A stretch of 54,128 nucleotides of DNA from a virus (Duplodnaviria; Caudoviricetes). This document shows positions 1 through 9,243 of this stretch, piece after piece. Made by a program: the position numbers and the translations under genes. Under the pieces are notes generated by a model, which saw only the letters and a list, made by a program, of their open reading frames with translations, had not been told where the DNA came from and searched no databases. The DNA lies in IMG/VR virus record IMGVR_UViG_3300048575_000457, positions 1 through 54,128 of that record; one strand, given 5' to 3'. The first letter of the stretch is position 1; every line of letters begins with the position of its first letter.

Positions 1-1584
1 ATGTCTAGCATCAACGTCGTGGACCTCAATGCCGTCCGGGGGAAGGTTGTTTCCCGGCGCGAAGATGAATCCAAGGGGATCGCCACCCCGGACATCCTGG
101 CCGGCATAGGCTCCCGGTTCGTCATGGACTGCTTGCTGGCCAACGAACTCGGCGACGGGATGCTCTTCGCCGAGATCCATCGGGGCCGATTCGTCTTCAT
201 GGCCGCGTCGAAGGAGTGGCTGTTTTTCAACGGCGTCCACTGGCAGATAGACGCCCTCAATCTCCATATGTGCGGCGTCGAGGACGTGGTGGATGCCTAC
301 CTGCGCGCCGCTGCCGAGATCGGCGAGAAGCACCTCGACGCCCTCCGCAACCAGGCCAAGGAAACCGCCAAGGAACTCCGGGCCCAGCAGGAGTTGATCT
401 ACAAGCGCGTGTCCCGGCTGCGCAGCTCCAGGGGACGCAAGTCCTGCCTGGAGTTCGCCCATTCCTGCACGGGCGGGCTGGTCATTCGCGGCGACGAGCT
501 GGACATGGACCCCTGGCTGTTCGCCTGCGCCAACGGCGTGCTGGATCTGCGTTCCGGCGTGCTGCGCGACGGCCGTCCCGAGGACTACATTTTCCGGGCT
601 TCGCCCGTGGCCTGGGCCGGCATCGACGCCACGGCTCCCACATGGGAGGAGTTCGTCCGCAACATCTACGAGGAAAACGAACGCCTCATCGGTTTCGTCC
701 AGCGCCTGCTCGGCTACTGCCTCACCGGAGTGACCACGGAGCACAAGCTTCCGGTGTTCCTGGGCAAGGGGAGAAACGGCAAGGGCACGATGTTCGAGAC
801 GTTCATGCGCATCCTCGGCGGCTACGGCGGACCCATCCAGTCCGAGATGCTCCTCGACCAGGGCAAGAACGTGCGATCCGCCGACGCGCCGAGCCCGGCC
901 ATCATGGAGCTCAAGGGGATGCGCCTGGCCCTGGCCTCGGAGACCGACGAGCACGCGCGCTTTTCCATGGCCCGCGTCAAATGGCTCTCCGGCGGCGACA
1001 CCCTGGTCGGACGCTATCCCCACGACAAGCGCAACACCAAGTTCCGGCCGACCCACAAGCTCATCTACTACACCAACCACCTGCCCCATGCCTCGTCCGG
1101 CGACTTCGCCTTCTGGGAGCGATTCTTGGTTGTCGACCACCGGTTGTCCTATGTGGACCGCGAACCGGCGGCCGAAAACGAGCGCCGCCAGGACAAGGAG
1201 TTGCCCAAGCGCCTGGAGGATGAGCTTCCCGGCATCCTGGCCTGGCTGGTTCGCGGCTGTCTCATCTGGCAGCGCGACGGCCTCAATCCGCCCGAGGACG
1301 TCCGGGCCGCCGTAGAAAAGGCCAAGCGCGACGAGGACTATCTGGCCGACTTCTTCGACGACTGCTGCGAAACAGGCGAGGGCGAGTCCTACCGGGTCAA
1401 GTCCACGGCGCTCTACGACCGGTTCGAAGAGTGGTTCAAGAAGGCCATGTCCTCGGACCCCAAGAAGGTTCCCAAGCAACGGCGCTTCTCCGAGATGGTC
1501 GGCAAGCGCTTCGACAAGCTCAAGTCCAATGGAATCATGATGTTTCTTGGCTTGCGCCTGCTGCCGGAGCAGCCGCCGTCATGA
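1..1584 (+). CDS. P4-family/D5-like SF3 helicase (phage/plasmid primase P4 family, C-terminal part)
   Basis: D5_N-like NGVLDLRSG, Walker A GKGRNGKGT, ASETDE Walker B, KWLSGGD, TNHLP, WERF motifs. Confidence 0.92.
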   Translation: MSSINVVDLNAVRGKVVSRREDESKGIATPDILAGIGSRFVMDCLLANELGDGMLFAEIHRGRFVFMAASKEWLFFNGVHWQIDALNLHMCGVEDVVDAYLRAAAEIGEKHLDALRNQAKETAKELRAQQELIYKRVSRLRSSRGRKSCLEFAHSCTGGLVIRGDELDMDPWLFACANGVLDLRSGVLRDGRPEDYIFRASPVAWAGIDATAPTWEEFVRNIYEENERLIGFVQRLLGYCLTGVTTEHKLPVFLGKGRNGKGTMFETFMRILGGYGGPIQSEMLLDQGKNVRSADAPSPAIMELKGMRLALASETDEHARFSMARVKWLSGGDTLVGRYPHDKRNTKFRPTHKLIYYTNHLPHASSGDFAFWERFLVVDHRLSYVDREPAAENERRQDKELPKRLEDELPGILAWLVRGCLIWQRDGLNPPEDVRAAVEKAKRDEDYLADFFDDCCETGEGESYRVKSTALYDRFEEWFKKAMSSDPKKVPKQRRFSEMVGKRFDKLKSNGIMMFLGLRLLPEQPPS

Positions 1585-1600
1585 CCATTCCGGGGACTTG

Positions 1601-1765
1601 GGGAGGATAGGGAGCGTGTGCAAACAAACTTTTCGTTTGGTGTTTGCTTGTGTGCGCTTTTTTTCTCCCTCTATCCTCCCTAATCTTTTTAACGGAAAAT
1701 ATAAGTAAAAAGTAAAGAATAAGAAGAAGATAAGAAAACAACCTCCGGGGAGGAAGTTCCTCCCC
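1601..1765. other. Putative replication origin / AT-rich spacer with inverted repeats
   Basis: GGGAGGATAG (1601-1610) and CTATCCTCCC (1671-1680) inverted pair, A-rich tract about 1690-1742, palindrome GGGGAGGAA-G-TTCCTCCCC (1747-1765), between helicase and primase. Confidence 0.45.
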
Positions 1766-1782
1766 GCCAAGTGAGCAAGGCC

Positions 1783-3183
1783 ATGGCAAACCTCCTCGAT
1801 CTGGTCGCCGATGCAGGGGCGGGCATCCTCCTCAAGAAAATCGGCTCGTCGCCCAAGCGCGGCGACGAATACCAGGGCCCGTGCCCGGGCTGCGGCGGCA
1901 CGGATCGCTTCCATGTCTGGCCGGACCAGAAGGGCGGCGAGGGCACCTACTGGTGCCGCTCCTGTGAGCGCGGCGGCGACGCCATCCAGTTCTGCATGGA
2001 CTTCCTGGGCATGACCTTCACCGAGGCGGCCAAGCACGTGGGCCGGCCGGCGGCCGTCAGCGTGCGGCGAATGCGCACGCCGAGATCCAATGCCGAGGCC
2101 ATGCGCCAGGACGCCGCGCCAGTGGAGCCGGCCAGCCCGGACGAGACATGGGCGCTCAAGGCCACAGCCTTTGCCAGGCATTGCCATGAGGCGCTCCTCG
2201 GCTCGCCGGATCGCCTGGACTGGCTGGCCGCGCGCGGCCTGGACCGCGCGGCGGTGGAGCGTTTCGGCCTGGGCCTCAATGCCGGGGAGAACGGCCGCGA
2301 CGTCTACCGCCCCCGCGATGCCTGGGGCCTGCCGGAGAAGCTCAAGGAAGACGGCACGCCCAAAAAATTATGGTTGCCGTGCGGGCTGGTGGTGCCGCTG
2401 GCGCGCGGCGGCCGGGCCGTGCGGCTGCGCATCCGACGGGACGAGGGCGAACCACGCTACTACGTCGTGCCCGGCTCGGGCATGGAGCAGCTCCTCATCC
2501 GCCCGGCCGCGCCGGTCATCATCGTGGTGGAGGCCGAGCTCGACGCCATGGCCGTAGCTGCCGCCGCCCCGGACTGCGTCGGCGTCCTGGCCCTGGGCTC
2601 GTCGAGTCCCCGGCCGGACGCCCCGGCCGCCGCCGCTCTGTCCCGGGCCCTGCACATCCTGGTAGCCCTGGATTTCGACGCCGCCGGCGCTGCGGCCTGG
2701 GACGCGCGCCTGCGCGCCAAGGGCCGACCGGACGCCTGGTGCTGGCGCCGCGCCTTCCCCCAGGCCGAGCGTTGGCCCACGCCCGAGGGCAAGGACCCGG
2801 GCGACGCGGTCAAGGCCGGCGTGGATCTGGCTGCCTGGGTTCGGGCCGGGCTGCCGCCGGTCTTTACCCTGCCCGCGCCGAAAAAGCCGGCCCCTGCCGC
2901 CGCTGCGCCGGCCTCGACGCCGGAACCGGGGACATCGGGACCTTCATCGCTTGGACTGCCTCATGTTTGGGGGGCGGGGGAATTCTTGGCAGAGGCGAAG
3001 GAAACGGCGGCGACGGCGGCGCTTGAGGCGTTCCTGGCCCGCTATGCTGCTGCCGGCCTGCGGTTAGCCGGCGTGATTTTTGCCTTCCCCGAAGGCTTTT
3101 CTCCGGCGCTGCGCGCCGAAGCCGAGGAGCTCTTGAGCGTCGTGGGGCAGGAGTGGGAAGCGACCGAAGGCTGGAAGAGATGA
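1783..3183 (+). CDS. DNA primase (Zn-ribbon + TOPRIM-like)
   Basis: GPCPGCGGTDRF...YWCRSC...GDAIQF zinc-binding domain; VEAELDA, LDFDAAG and GKDPGD TOPRIM-like motifs. Confidence 0.85.
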   Translation: MANLLDLVADAGAGILLKKIGSSPKRGDEYQGPCPGCGGTDRFHVWPDQKGGEGTYWCRSCERGGDAIQFCMDFLGMTFTEAAKHVGRPAAVSVRRMRTPRSNAEAMRQDAAPVEPASPDETWALKATAFARHCHEALLGSPDRLDWLAARGLDRAAVERFGLGLNAGENGRDVYRPRDAWGLPEKLKEDGTPKKLWLPCGLVVPLARGGRAVRLRIRRDEGEPRYYVVPGSGMEQLLIRPAAPVIIVVEAELDAMAVAAAAPDCVGVLALGSSSPRPDAPAAAALSRALHILVALDFDAAGAAAWDARLRAKGRPDAWCWRRAFPQAERWPTPEGKDPGDAVKAGVDLAAWVRAGLPPVFTLPAPKKPAPAAAAPASTPEPGTSGPSSLGLPHVWGAGEFLAEAKETAATAALEAFLARYAAAGLRLAGVIFAFPEGFSPALRAEAEELLSVVGQEWEATEGWKR

Positions 3184-3269
3184 GCGGTATGCGCCTGCCG
3201 GCGCGGCGACAGGGGAAAGACAGTGGAAGGTACGCGCCTGCGGCGCGGCAACAGGACAAGGAAACAGCC

Positions 3270-3782
3270 ATGACCATTGCCATCAATTGCCCGGCCGGCC
3301 TGGGCGTGACGGACAAGGGGCGTTGCCTCGACCGTGCGGCCGCGTCGCCGCCGCGCGGCGTGTGCCTGACGTGCTTTGCGCCCGTGGCGCTCATCGCCTG
3401 GGGCGGCGACGATCCGGTTAACGCCGCGCTGGCGGCCGGGCTGGAGGGCCTCATCGTGACGCCCCAGGCCGGACCGGCGCGGCCGTTGCCGGTTGTGACG
3501 CCGGCCGCGCCCAAACGCCACGGCGTCCTGCCGCGCCATGAGGCGCTGGCCATGGCCCTGGCCTCGGCCATGCGGACCCGGCGCGACGGCGTCGTGCCGG
3601 AGAAGGTTTTGGAGCGGCACTACCGGGCCGTGCCGGCCGCGCCGGAGCTGAAGCAAAACATCTTGCGCGTGGTGCGGGCGGCCGGGCTGCCCGTGGAGCG
3701 CACGGCCCCCAGCCGGCTGGTGGTCCCTATCAATGCACACGTCCGGGCGTTTGTCCGGGCCTACGTCAAGGAGGCGTTTTAA
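3270..3782 (+). CDS. Hypothetical phage protein (Cys-containing N-terminus)
   Basis: ATG after AAGGA, GC3-rich codons, abuts next gene. Confidence 0.6.
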   Translation: MTIAINCPAGLGVTDKGRCLDRAAASPPRGVCLTCFAPVALIAWGGDDPVNAALAAGLEGLIVTPQAGPARPLPVVTPAAPKRHGVLPRHEALAMALASAMRTRRDGVVPEKVLERHYRAVPAAPELKQNILRVVRAAGLPVERTAPSRLVVPINAHVRAFVRAYVKEAF

Positions 3783-4037
3783 ATGTCCGACACGCTCCCT
3801 GCTTGTCTCGGCTGCGGCGTTGTCCCGAAATGGTCCGAGGATCGGCCCGGATTCTTCCGGTTCGCCTGCAACTGCAACGGCTTCACCTTCGAGGCGGTCG
3901 GCGCGACCACGCGCAAGGAAAGAGACCAGGCCATGGCGGTGCTGCGGCCGCAAGTCGAAACCATGTACCGGGAAGAACACGCCAAGGCGCTCGTCATGGC
4001 GGGAAAGCTTTCCGCCGGTTCGGAGGTGGAACAATGA
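3783..4037 (+). CDS. Small Zn-finger-like protein
   Basis: CLGC...CNC; GGAGG RBS; ATGA overlap with next gene. Confidence 0.65.
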   Translation: MSDTLPACLGCGVVPKWSEDRPGFFRFACNCNGFTFEAVGATTRKERDQAMAVLRPQVETMYREEHAKALVMAGKLSAGSEVEQ

Positions 4038-4456
4038 ACGGCCTGCGTGTTGCCTTGATGCTCTTGGTCATGTCGCTGCCGTTGCCGGCCCTGGCCGACG
4101 ACCTGACCGGCGTGGTGCTGGCCGTCCGCGACGGCGACACCCTGCGGGTGCGGCTGGACTGCCCGGGCTGTCCCAGGATTTTGCAGACCATGAGCATCCG
4201 CCTCATGGGCGTGGATGCGCCCGAGCTCAAGGACAAGCGGCCGGAATACGCCGAGCTGGCCCGGCAGGCCCGGGGCGCTCTGGCCGAGCTGTGCCCGGCC
4301 GGGGCTACCGTGGCCTTGCGCGGGGTCAAGTGGGACAAATTCGGCGGCCGGATGCTGGCCTGGGTGTCGTGCGCCGCCGGCCCGGACGCGGCCGAAACCT
4401 TGAAGGGGATGGAGTTGGCCCGGGTGTATTGGGGCAAGGGGAAAAAGCCGTGGTGA
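4034..4456 (+). CDS. Thermonuclease (SNase-family) with signal peptide
   Basis: Hydrophobic N-terminus ending ALA; VRDGDT, IRLMGVDAPE, DKFGGR motifs. Confidence 0.88.
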   Translation: MNGLRVALMLLVMSLPLPALADDLTGVVLAVRDGDTLRVRLDCPGCPRILQTMSIRLMGVDAPELKDKRPEYAELARQARGALAELCPAGATVALRGVKWDKFGGRMLAWVSCAAGPDAAETLKGMELARVYWGKGKKPW

Positions 4457-4470
4457 GTGATTGCGGCCGC

Positions 4471-5592
4471 ATGACCTCCATCATCCACCACGGCGACGCC
4501 CTCGCCGTCCTCCGCACCCTCCCCGCAGAGTCCGTGCATTGCCTGGTCACCTCGCCGCCGTACTGGCGGCTGCGGGATTACGGCGTGGCCGGCCAGTACG
4601 GGCTGGAGGATCGCGTGGATTGCCTGGGCTGGGCCACGGGCCAGCCTTGCGGCGACTGTTTCGTCTGTCGGCTGGTGGCTGTGTTCCACGAAGCGCGGCG
4701 GGTGTTGCGGGGGGACGGCACGGCCTGGGTGAATATGGGGGACAGTTATGCCGCAAATCACGGGTGCAAATCCAATAAGTCCGGGGCAAAGCAGGCGCAA
4801 AATCGCGGGAGCATGTCCATTGACACCCGTCGTAATCCCATCGGGGTTCTGAAGCCCAAGGATTTGACGGGCGTCCCTTGGCGTCTGGCCCTGGCCCTGC
4901 AAGCTGACGGCTGGTTCCTGCGCTCGGACATCATCTGGCACAAGCCCAACCCCATGCCGTCCAGCGTCAAGGACCGACCGACCGTAGCCCATGAATACCT
5001 TTTCCTGCTGGCCAAGTCGCCGCGCTACTTTTGGGACGCCTCGGCCATGCAGGAACCGACCGCCGCCCTGGCTGACGGCGCGCGGCCGCAATCCCCGTAC
5101 AGCGTTTCCTTTGACCGGCCGGTGGCCGAACCGTCGCGGCCGGGCCAGTCCGCCAGCCAACACCGGCCCGGACGCACCAAGGTTCCCGGCGGCTGGGACA
5201 CCAAGCCCGGCGCGCACGGCAGCGTCCACCGTGAAGGCCGCAGCGCGCCGCAATACGTCGAGGGCGTCGCCGACACCCGCAATCGTCGGTCCGTCTGGAC
5301 CATCCCCACCCATCCCTTCCCGGAGGCGCACTACGCCACCTTCCCCCCGGCCCTGGTCGAGCCGTGTTTGAAAGCCGGCTGCCCGGCCGGCGGCATCGTG
5401 CTGGACCCGTTTTTCGGGGCCGGAACCACCGGGCTGGTAGCGCGTCGCCTCGGGCGCGGCTTTGTGGGCATCGAACTCAACCCGGAAAACTGCCGCATGG
5501 CGAAACGCCGCATCGAGCGCGACACCGGCCTGCTCGGGCCGGTGGAGATCGTGGCGCACGGCGCGGCAGGGCAGGAGAGGAAAACCGCATGA
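4471..5592 (+). CDS. Orphan DNA methyltransferase (N4/N6, beta class)
   Basis: TSPPY motif IV, IIWHKPNPMP, HYATFP, LDPFFGAGTT motif I. Confidence 0.93.
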   Translation: MTSIIHHGDALAVLRTLPAESVHCLVTSPPYWRLRDYGVAGQYGLEDRVDCLGWATGQPCGDCFVCRLVAVFHEARRVLRGDGTAWVNMGDSYAANHGCKSNKSGAKQAQNRGSMSIDTRRNPIGVLKPKDLTGVPWRLALALQADGWFLRSDIIWHKPNPMPSSVKDRPTVAHEYLFLLAKSPRYFWDASAMQEPTAALADGARPQSPYSVSFDRPVAEPSRPGQSASQHRPGRTKVPGGWDTKPGAHGSVHREGRSAPQYVEGVADTRNRRSVWTIPTHPFPEAHYATFPPALVEPCLKAGCPAGGIVLDPFFGAGTTGLVARRLGRGFVGIELNPENCRMAKRRIERDTGLLGPVEIVAHGAAGQERKTA

Positions 5593-5987
5593 CCGACCCC
5601 AAAACCACCCTCGTCACCCAGTTGCAGGCCCGCAATACGGAACTCGTCGAGGCCAACCGCGCCTTGCGCCGCCAGCTGGAGGCCGTTGCCGGCGATCTGC
5701 CGCCCGGGTTCGTCTTGATCCTGGCCGAATACCGCAAGGCGCTGATCAAGCACCCCACCTTCCCGGCCGACGTCGACGGCATGGGCTGCACCCTGGGCGA
5801 GGAACTGCTGGAAGTCGCCGTGGCCGGCATGAAAGCCATGCAAGCCGCCAACGACCACCGCGACGAAGGCCTGGCCCTGGCCGAGGTGCGCCGCGAATTC
5901 GCCCACGTCGGCGTGGTGGCCGGCCGGGCGCTGGTGGCGATGGAGGAACTGCTGGCGGCGGCAGGCGAAGGCAGGGCGGCCGCATGA
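5589..5987 (+). CDS. Hypothetical protein (coiled-coil N-terminus, possible MazG-like helical fold)
   Basis: ATGA-coupled on both sides; EELLEV...RREFAHV spacing loosely MazG-like. Confidence 0.6.
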   Translation: MTDPKTTLVTQLQARNTELVEANRALRRQLEAVAGDLPPGFVLILAEYRKALIKHPTFPADVDGMGCTLGEELLEVAVAGMKAMQAANDHRDEGLALAEVRREFAHVGVVAGRALVAMEELLAAAGEGRAAA

Positions 5988-6295
5988 CCGTCCGGCAACT
6001 GCATGAGTCCGCCATGCGCCATGCTGCTGACGCCCAGGGGATTTTGAGACGGGGATTCTCGGCTCGGTGCTCAATCGGATGGGCCGCCGGCTTGGAGCAA
6101 AGGGCGTTTCATTTGCTCCCGGCCGAGGCGGCCAGCGAGCCGACCCGGGCCATCCTCGGCCTGTCCGCCGCGTCCCTGTGGTGGGGCATCGGCCGCTACG
6201 TCAACGCCGTGCCCTTCGAACACCGCGAACTGGTCAATCTGCTGCGCCGCTGCGAGGTGGATGCGCGGCAGGGAGGGGAGGGAAAAGCCGCATGA
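5984..6295 (+). CDS. Hypothetical protein
   Basis: ATGA-coupled on both sides. Confidence 0.55.
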   Translation: MTVRQLHESAMRHAADAQGILRRGFSARCSIGWAAGLEQRAFHLLPAEAASEPTRAILGLSAASLWWGIGRYVNAVPFEHRELVNLLRRCEVDARQGGEGKAA

Positions 6296-6834
6296 CCGAC
6301 CCCGACAAACCCATCAAATCCCGGACCGCCGCCCACAAGTACATCGTCGGCCTCGGCTACAAAGTGTCGCAGTCGAAAGTGTATGAGGACTTTAAGGCCG
6401 GGAAGCTGGGCAAACAGGAGGACGGCACGTTTTCGCCGCGCACCTTGGAGGCCTACGCCAGGGCCTACCTGGAACCCATCGCCGGCAAGGTGCGCGACGA
6501 CGGCGGCAGCGCGGCCGCGACCAAGCGGCTGTTGGCCGACGCGGATCTGCGCGCCGTCCAGGCCGACCGGATGCGCCTCAAGCTGGCGGCCGAGGAGGGG
6601 CTGCTCATGCCGCGCCAGGAACACGAGCTGGAGCTGGCCGCCCGGGCGCAATTCTTCGTCAACCAGGTGGGCGTGTTCTGCCACCGCCTGGCCCCGCGCA
6701 TCATCGCCTGTTGCGCCGGCGACGAGGCCAAGACCCCGGAGCTGACGCAGTTCTTGCTTGAGGAAACCGCCGTGTGGCTCGACGCCTATGCCCAGGACAA
6801 GGTGTTCGTGGCGGAGGACATGATCCGTGGCTGA
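6292..6834 (+). CDS. Putative terminase small subunit
   Basis: Directly upstream of and overlapping TerL; HTH-like N-terminus and Nu1-like coiled coil ADRMRLKLAAEEGLLMPR. Confidence 0.7.
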   Translation: MTDPDKPIKSRTAAHKYIVGLGYKVSQSKVYEDFKAGKLGKQEDGTFSPRTLEAYARAYLEPIAGKVRDDGGSAAATKRLLADADLRAVQADRMRLKLAAEEGLLMPRQEHELELAARAQFFVNQVGVFCHRLAPRIIACCAGDEAKTPELTQFLLEETAVWLDAYAQDKVFVAEDMIRG

Positions 6835-8701
6835 ACCGGCGCGGCAGCTTGACGGCTACGCCTTTGCCTTCACGGCCGGCGAGCGCGACGTGTTCCGGCG
6901 TCGGCCGCACATGCCGCCCTCGGTCTGGTCCGAGGAAAACGTCATCATCAAGGACGGCCCGTACAAGGGCACGCGCTGGCGCAACGAAACCGTGCCGTAC
7001 CTGCCGGAGGTCATCGACACCTGGGCCTTGCCCTGGACCGAGGAGACGGTTGTGTGCGGCACGGCCCAGTCGGCCAAGTCCTCGGGCATGTACCGTTGCA
7101 TCGAATACTCTGTGGATCGGCGGCCCGGCCCCAAGATGCTGGCCATGCCCGACGACCTGACCCTGACGCGCGTCTCCCAGTTCAAATTGTTGCCGTCCAT
7201 CAAGGCCTGCGCCGCCACCCGCGCCAAGCTGACCAAGGCGACCCAGGACACGTTCGTTTTCTCCGACGGTTCCGTGCTCTATCTCTCTGCGGCCCAGTCG
7301 CCATCCCAGCGCGCGTCCATTTCCGTCATGGACCTCTTTTTGGACGAGGAAGACCTCTACAAGACCATCGCCGGCCAGGGCGATCCGGTGACGGACTTCA
7401 AGGAGCGGCTCACCAGCTACAAGGGCATGAGCAAGCTTTTCCGCGTCTGCAAGCCCGTGGGCGGCGAGGAGTCGAGCATCTGGAATGCCTTGCTGGCCTG
7501 CGTGGAGATCCGCGCCCGGGCAGTCGTGTGTCCGGCTTGCGGTACGGAACAGTTCATGCGCTTTTCGCAAATCAAATTCCGGGGCGTGCGCGACCCCAAG
7601 GCCATGCGCCAGGACAAGGCCGCCCGCTACGAGTGCGAACATTGCAAGTACCACTGGTCGGATTACGCCCGGGACATGGCCGTGCGTTGCGGCGCGTGGC
7701 GGCCGGTGCGCTTCGACGACAAGAGCCGGGCGTTTGTCCCCACGGCGGCCGTCTACCGGCCGCGTTCGGTAGGCTTTCATCTGCCGGCGCTGCTGTCGCC
7801 CTTTGTCTCGCTGTCGGAAATCGCGGCCGCGTTCCTGGAGGCCAAGGCCGATCCGCGCCTGTGGCAGTCGTTTTTCAACAACATGCTGGCCGAGCCCCAC
7901 GCCCGGACAGCCATCCGCACGAGCTGGGAGCGCGTCCTCGACGCCCGGGTGCTGACCCTGCCGCCGCGCACGGTGCCGGCGGCGGCCGTGGCCCTCACGG
8001 CCGGCTTCGACCTGCAAAAGCGCGGCTTGTGGTTCACCATCCGGGCCTGGGCCGCCAGCCTGGAAAGCTGGCTGGTGGATTACGGCTATGTGCCCGGCTT
8101 CGAGGACGTCTACCGGCTGTGCTTCGAGGCCTTTTATCCGGTGGAAGGCGGCGGCGAAAAAGGCGTCTGGCGCGCCGGCCTGGACACCGGCGGCGGCGAC
8201 ACCGACGACGAGGTTTGGACGCGCACCGAGGAGGCCTACCAGTGGGTGCGCGCCAACGGCCTGGGCAAGATCTTCGCCTGCAAGGGCGCGTCCCATGCCC
8301 AGCTCCAGCCGGTCAAACGCACGCCCATCGACAAGCTGCCGCGCTCGGGCAAGCCCATACCGGGCGGGCTGGTGCTGCACCTGGTCGATACCGACTATTT
8401 CAAGCGCCTCATCCATGCCCGGCTGGCCCCGGACGCGGCCCAGCCCATGCGGCTCCATGCCGGGGCGGACGAGGCGTACGCCAAGCAGCTGGCAGCCGAG
8501 GAGCTGGTCATGTCCAAGGGTAAGCCGGTCTGGCGGCAGGTGCGGCGGGACAACCACCTCCTCGACTGCGAAATGCTGGCCGCCGCTTGCGCCGCGCCGG
8601 AATGGACCCCGGGCCTGCAACTGCTGGCCCGGCAGGAAGAAGAACCCGTGGCCCGGCCGCGCCCGGCCGCGACTGCCCAACCCCAACGACGGAGATGGTA
8701 A
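6827..8701 (+). CDS. Terminase large subunit, GpA family
   Basis: GTAQSAKS, LFLDEED, CPACG...YECEHC, FFNNMLAEP, LTAGFDLQ, RRDNHLLDCE. Confidence 0.95.
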   Translation: MAEPARQLDGYAFAFTAGERDVFRRRPHMPPSVWSEENVIIKDGPYKGTRWRNETVPYLPEVIDTWALPWTEETVVCGTAQSAKSSGMYRCIEYSVDRRPGPKMLAMPDDLTLTRVSQFKLLPSIKACAATRAKLTKATQDTFVFSDGSVLYLSAAQSPSQRASISVMDLFLDEEDLYKTIAGQGDPVTDFKERLTSYKGMSKLFRVCKPVGGEESSIWNALLACVEIRARAVVCPACGTEQFMRFSQIKFRGVRDPKAMRQDKAARYECEHCKYHWSDYARDMAVRCGAWRPVRFDDKSRAFVPTAAVYRPRSVGFHLPALLSPFVSLSEIAAAFLEAKADPRLWQSFFNNMLAEPHARTAIRTSWERVLDARVLTLPPRTVPAAAVALTAGFDLQKRGLWFTIRAWAASLESWLVDYGYVPGFEDVYRLCFEAFYPVEGGGEKGVWRAGLDTGGGDTDDEVWTRTEEAYQWVRANGLGKIFACKGASHAQLQPVKRTPIDKLPRSGKPIPGGLVLHLVDTDYFKRLIHARLAPDAAQPMRLHAGADEAYAKQLAAEELVMSKGKPVWRQVRRDNHLLDCEMLAAACAAPEWTPGLQLLARQEEEPVARPRPAATAQPQRRRW

Positions 8702-8702
8702 G

Positions 8703-8888
8703 ATGCGAGGAACAAGACTTTCCGGGATGAAGGATATTTGCGCCTATGTCGGCCGGTCGGAACCGACGGTGCTTGCCCTGATCCGCAACGAGGGGTTCCC
8801 GGCGAAAAAAATCCGGGGCGAATGGACGTCGGACACGGAGCTGATCGACGCGTGGCGGCGCAAGCAAATCGCTGGCGTGGCGGCATGA
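8703..8888 (+). CDS. Small AlpA/Xis-like winged-helix DNA-binding protein
   Basis: LSGMKDICAYVGRSEPTVLALIRNEGFPAKK...W...IDAW. Confidence 0.8.
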   Translation: MRGTRLSGMKDICAYVGRSEPTVLALIRNEGFPAKKIRGEWTSDTELIDAWRRKQIAGVAA

Positions 8889-8991
8889 GATTTTTGGCGA
8901 AAAATCCCGTCAAGCGAAAAATTGCCCTGTTTGCCGAAATCTAAGCCACGTTTGCCGCAATCTGCCAAAAGCTGTCAAAAGAGCCAAAAAA
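8889..8991 (+). promoter_or_regulatory. Phased direct repeats upstream of the head operon
   Basis: GTTTGCCGAAATCT 8929-8942 and GTTTGCCGCAATCT 8950-8963; CTGCCAAAAG, CTGTCAAAAG and AGCCAAAA at about 10-bp spacing; GATTTTT-N4-AAAAATC at 8889-8906. Confidence 0.5.
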
Positions 8992-9024
8992 GCGGGGTTA
9001 CGGTCCCTCAAAAGAGGAGGGGCC

Positions 9025-9243
9025 GTGGCCTTCACCACCTGGACAGCCCTGCGCGACGACATGCGCGCCGACTTCGCTTCCGGCGACTGGCGCACCAAAA
9101 GCTACGCCGTCGGCGATAGCCGCGTTGAATACCACACGCCGCAAGAATTCCTGGCCGCCATGGAATTCGTCGAGGCCCGGGCCGCCGCAGAGGGCCAGAA
9201 GTTCTACGGCCGCACCTACGCCCGAAACGGGGGGCGCGGCTGA
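9025..9243 (+). CDS. Head-tail joining protein (gpW-like)
   Basis: 72 aa between TerL and portal, SYAVGDSRVEY motif; strong RBS GAGGAGG. Confidence 0.75.
   Translation: MAFTTWTALRDDMRADFASGDWRTKSYAVGDSRVEYHTPQEFLAAMEFVEARAAAEGQKFYGRTYARNGGRG

Noticed and set aside
3733-4470. N-terminal extensions in the ORF track for the MTase, capsid (9833), DUF2190 (11863) and others
   Set aside because: They overlap upstream genes; internal starts with RBS or ATGA coupling fit better
4034-5592. Restriction-modification pair
   Set aside because: The nuclease is an SNase-type enzyme with a signal peptide, not a restriction endonuclease
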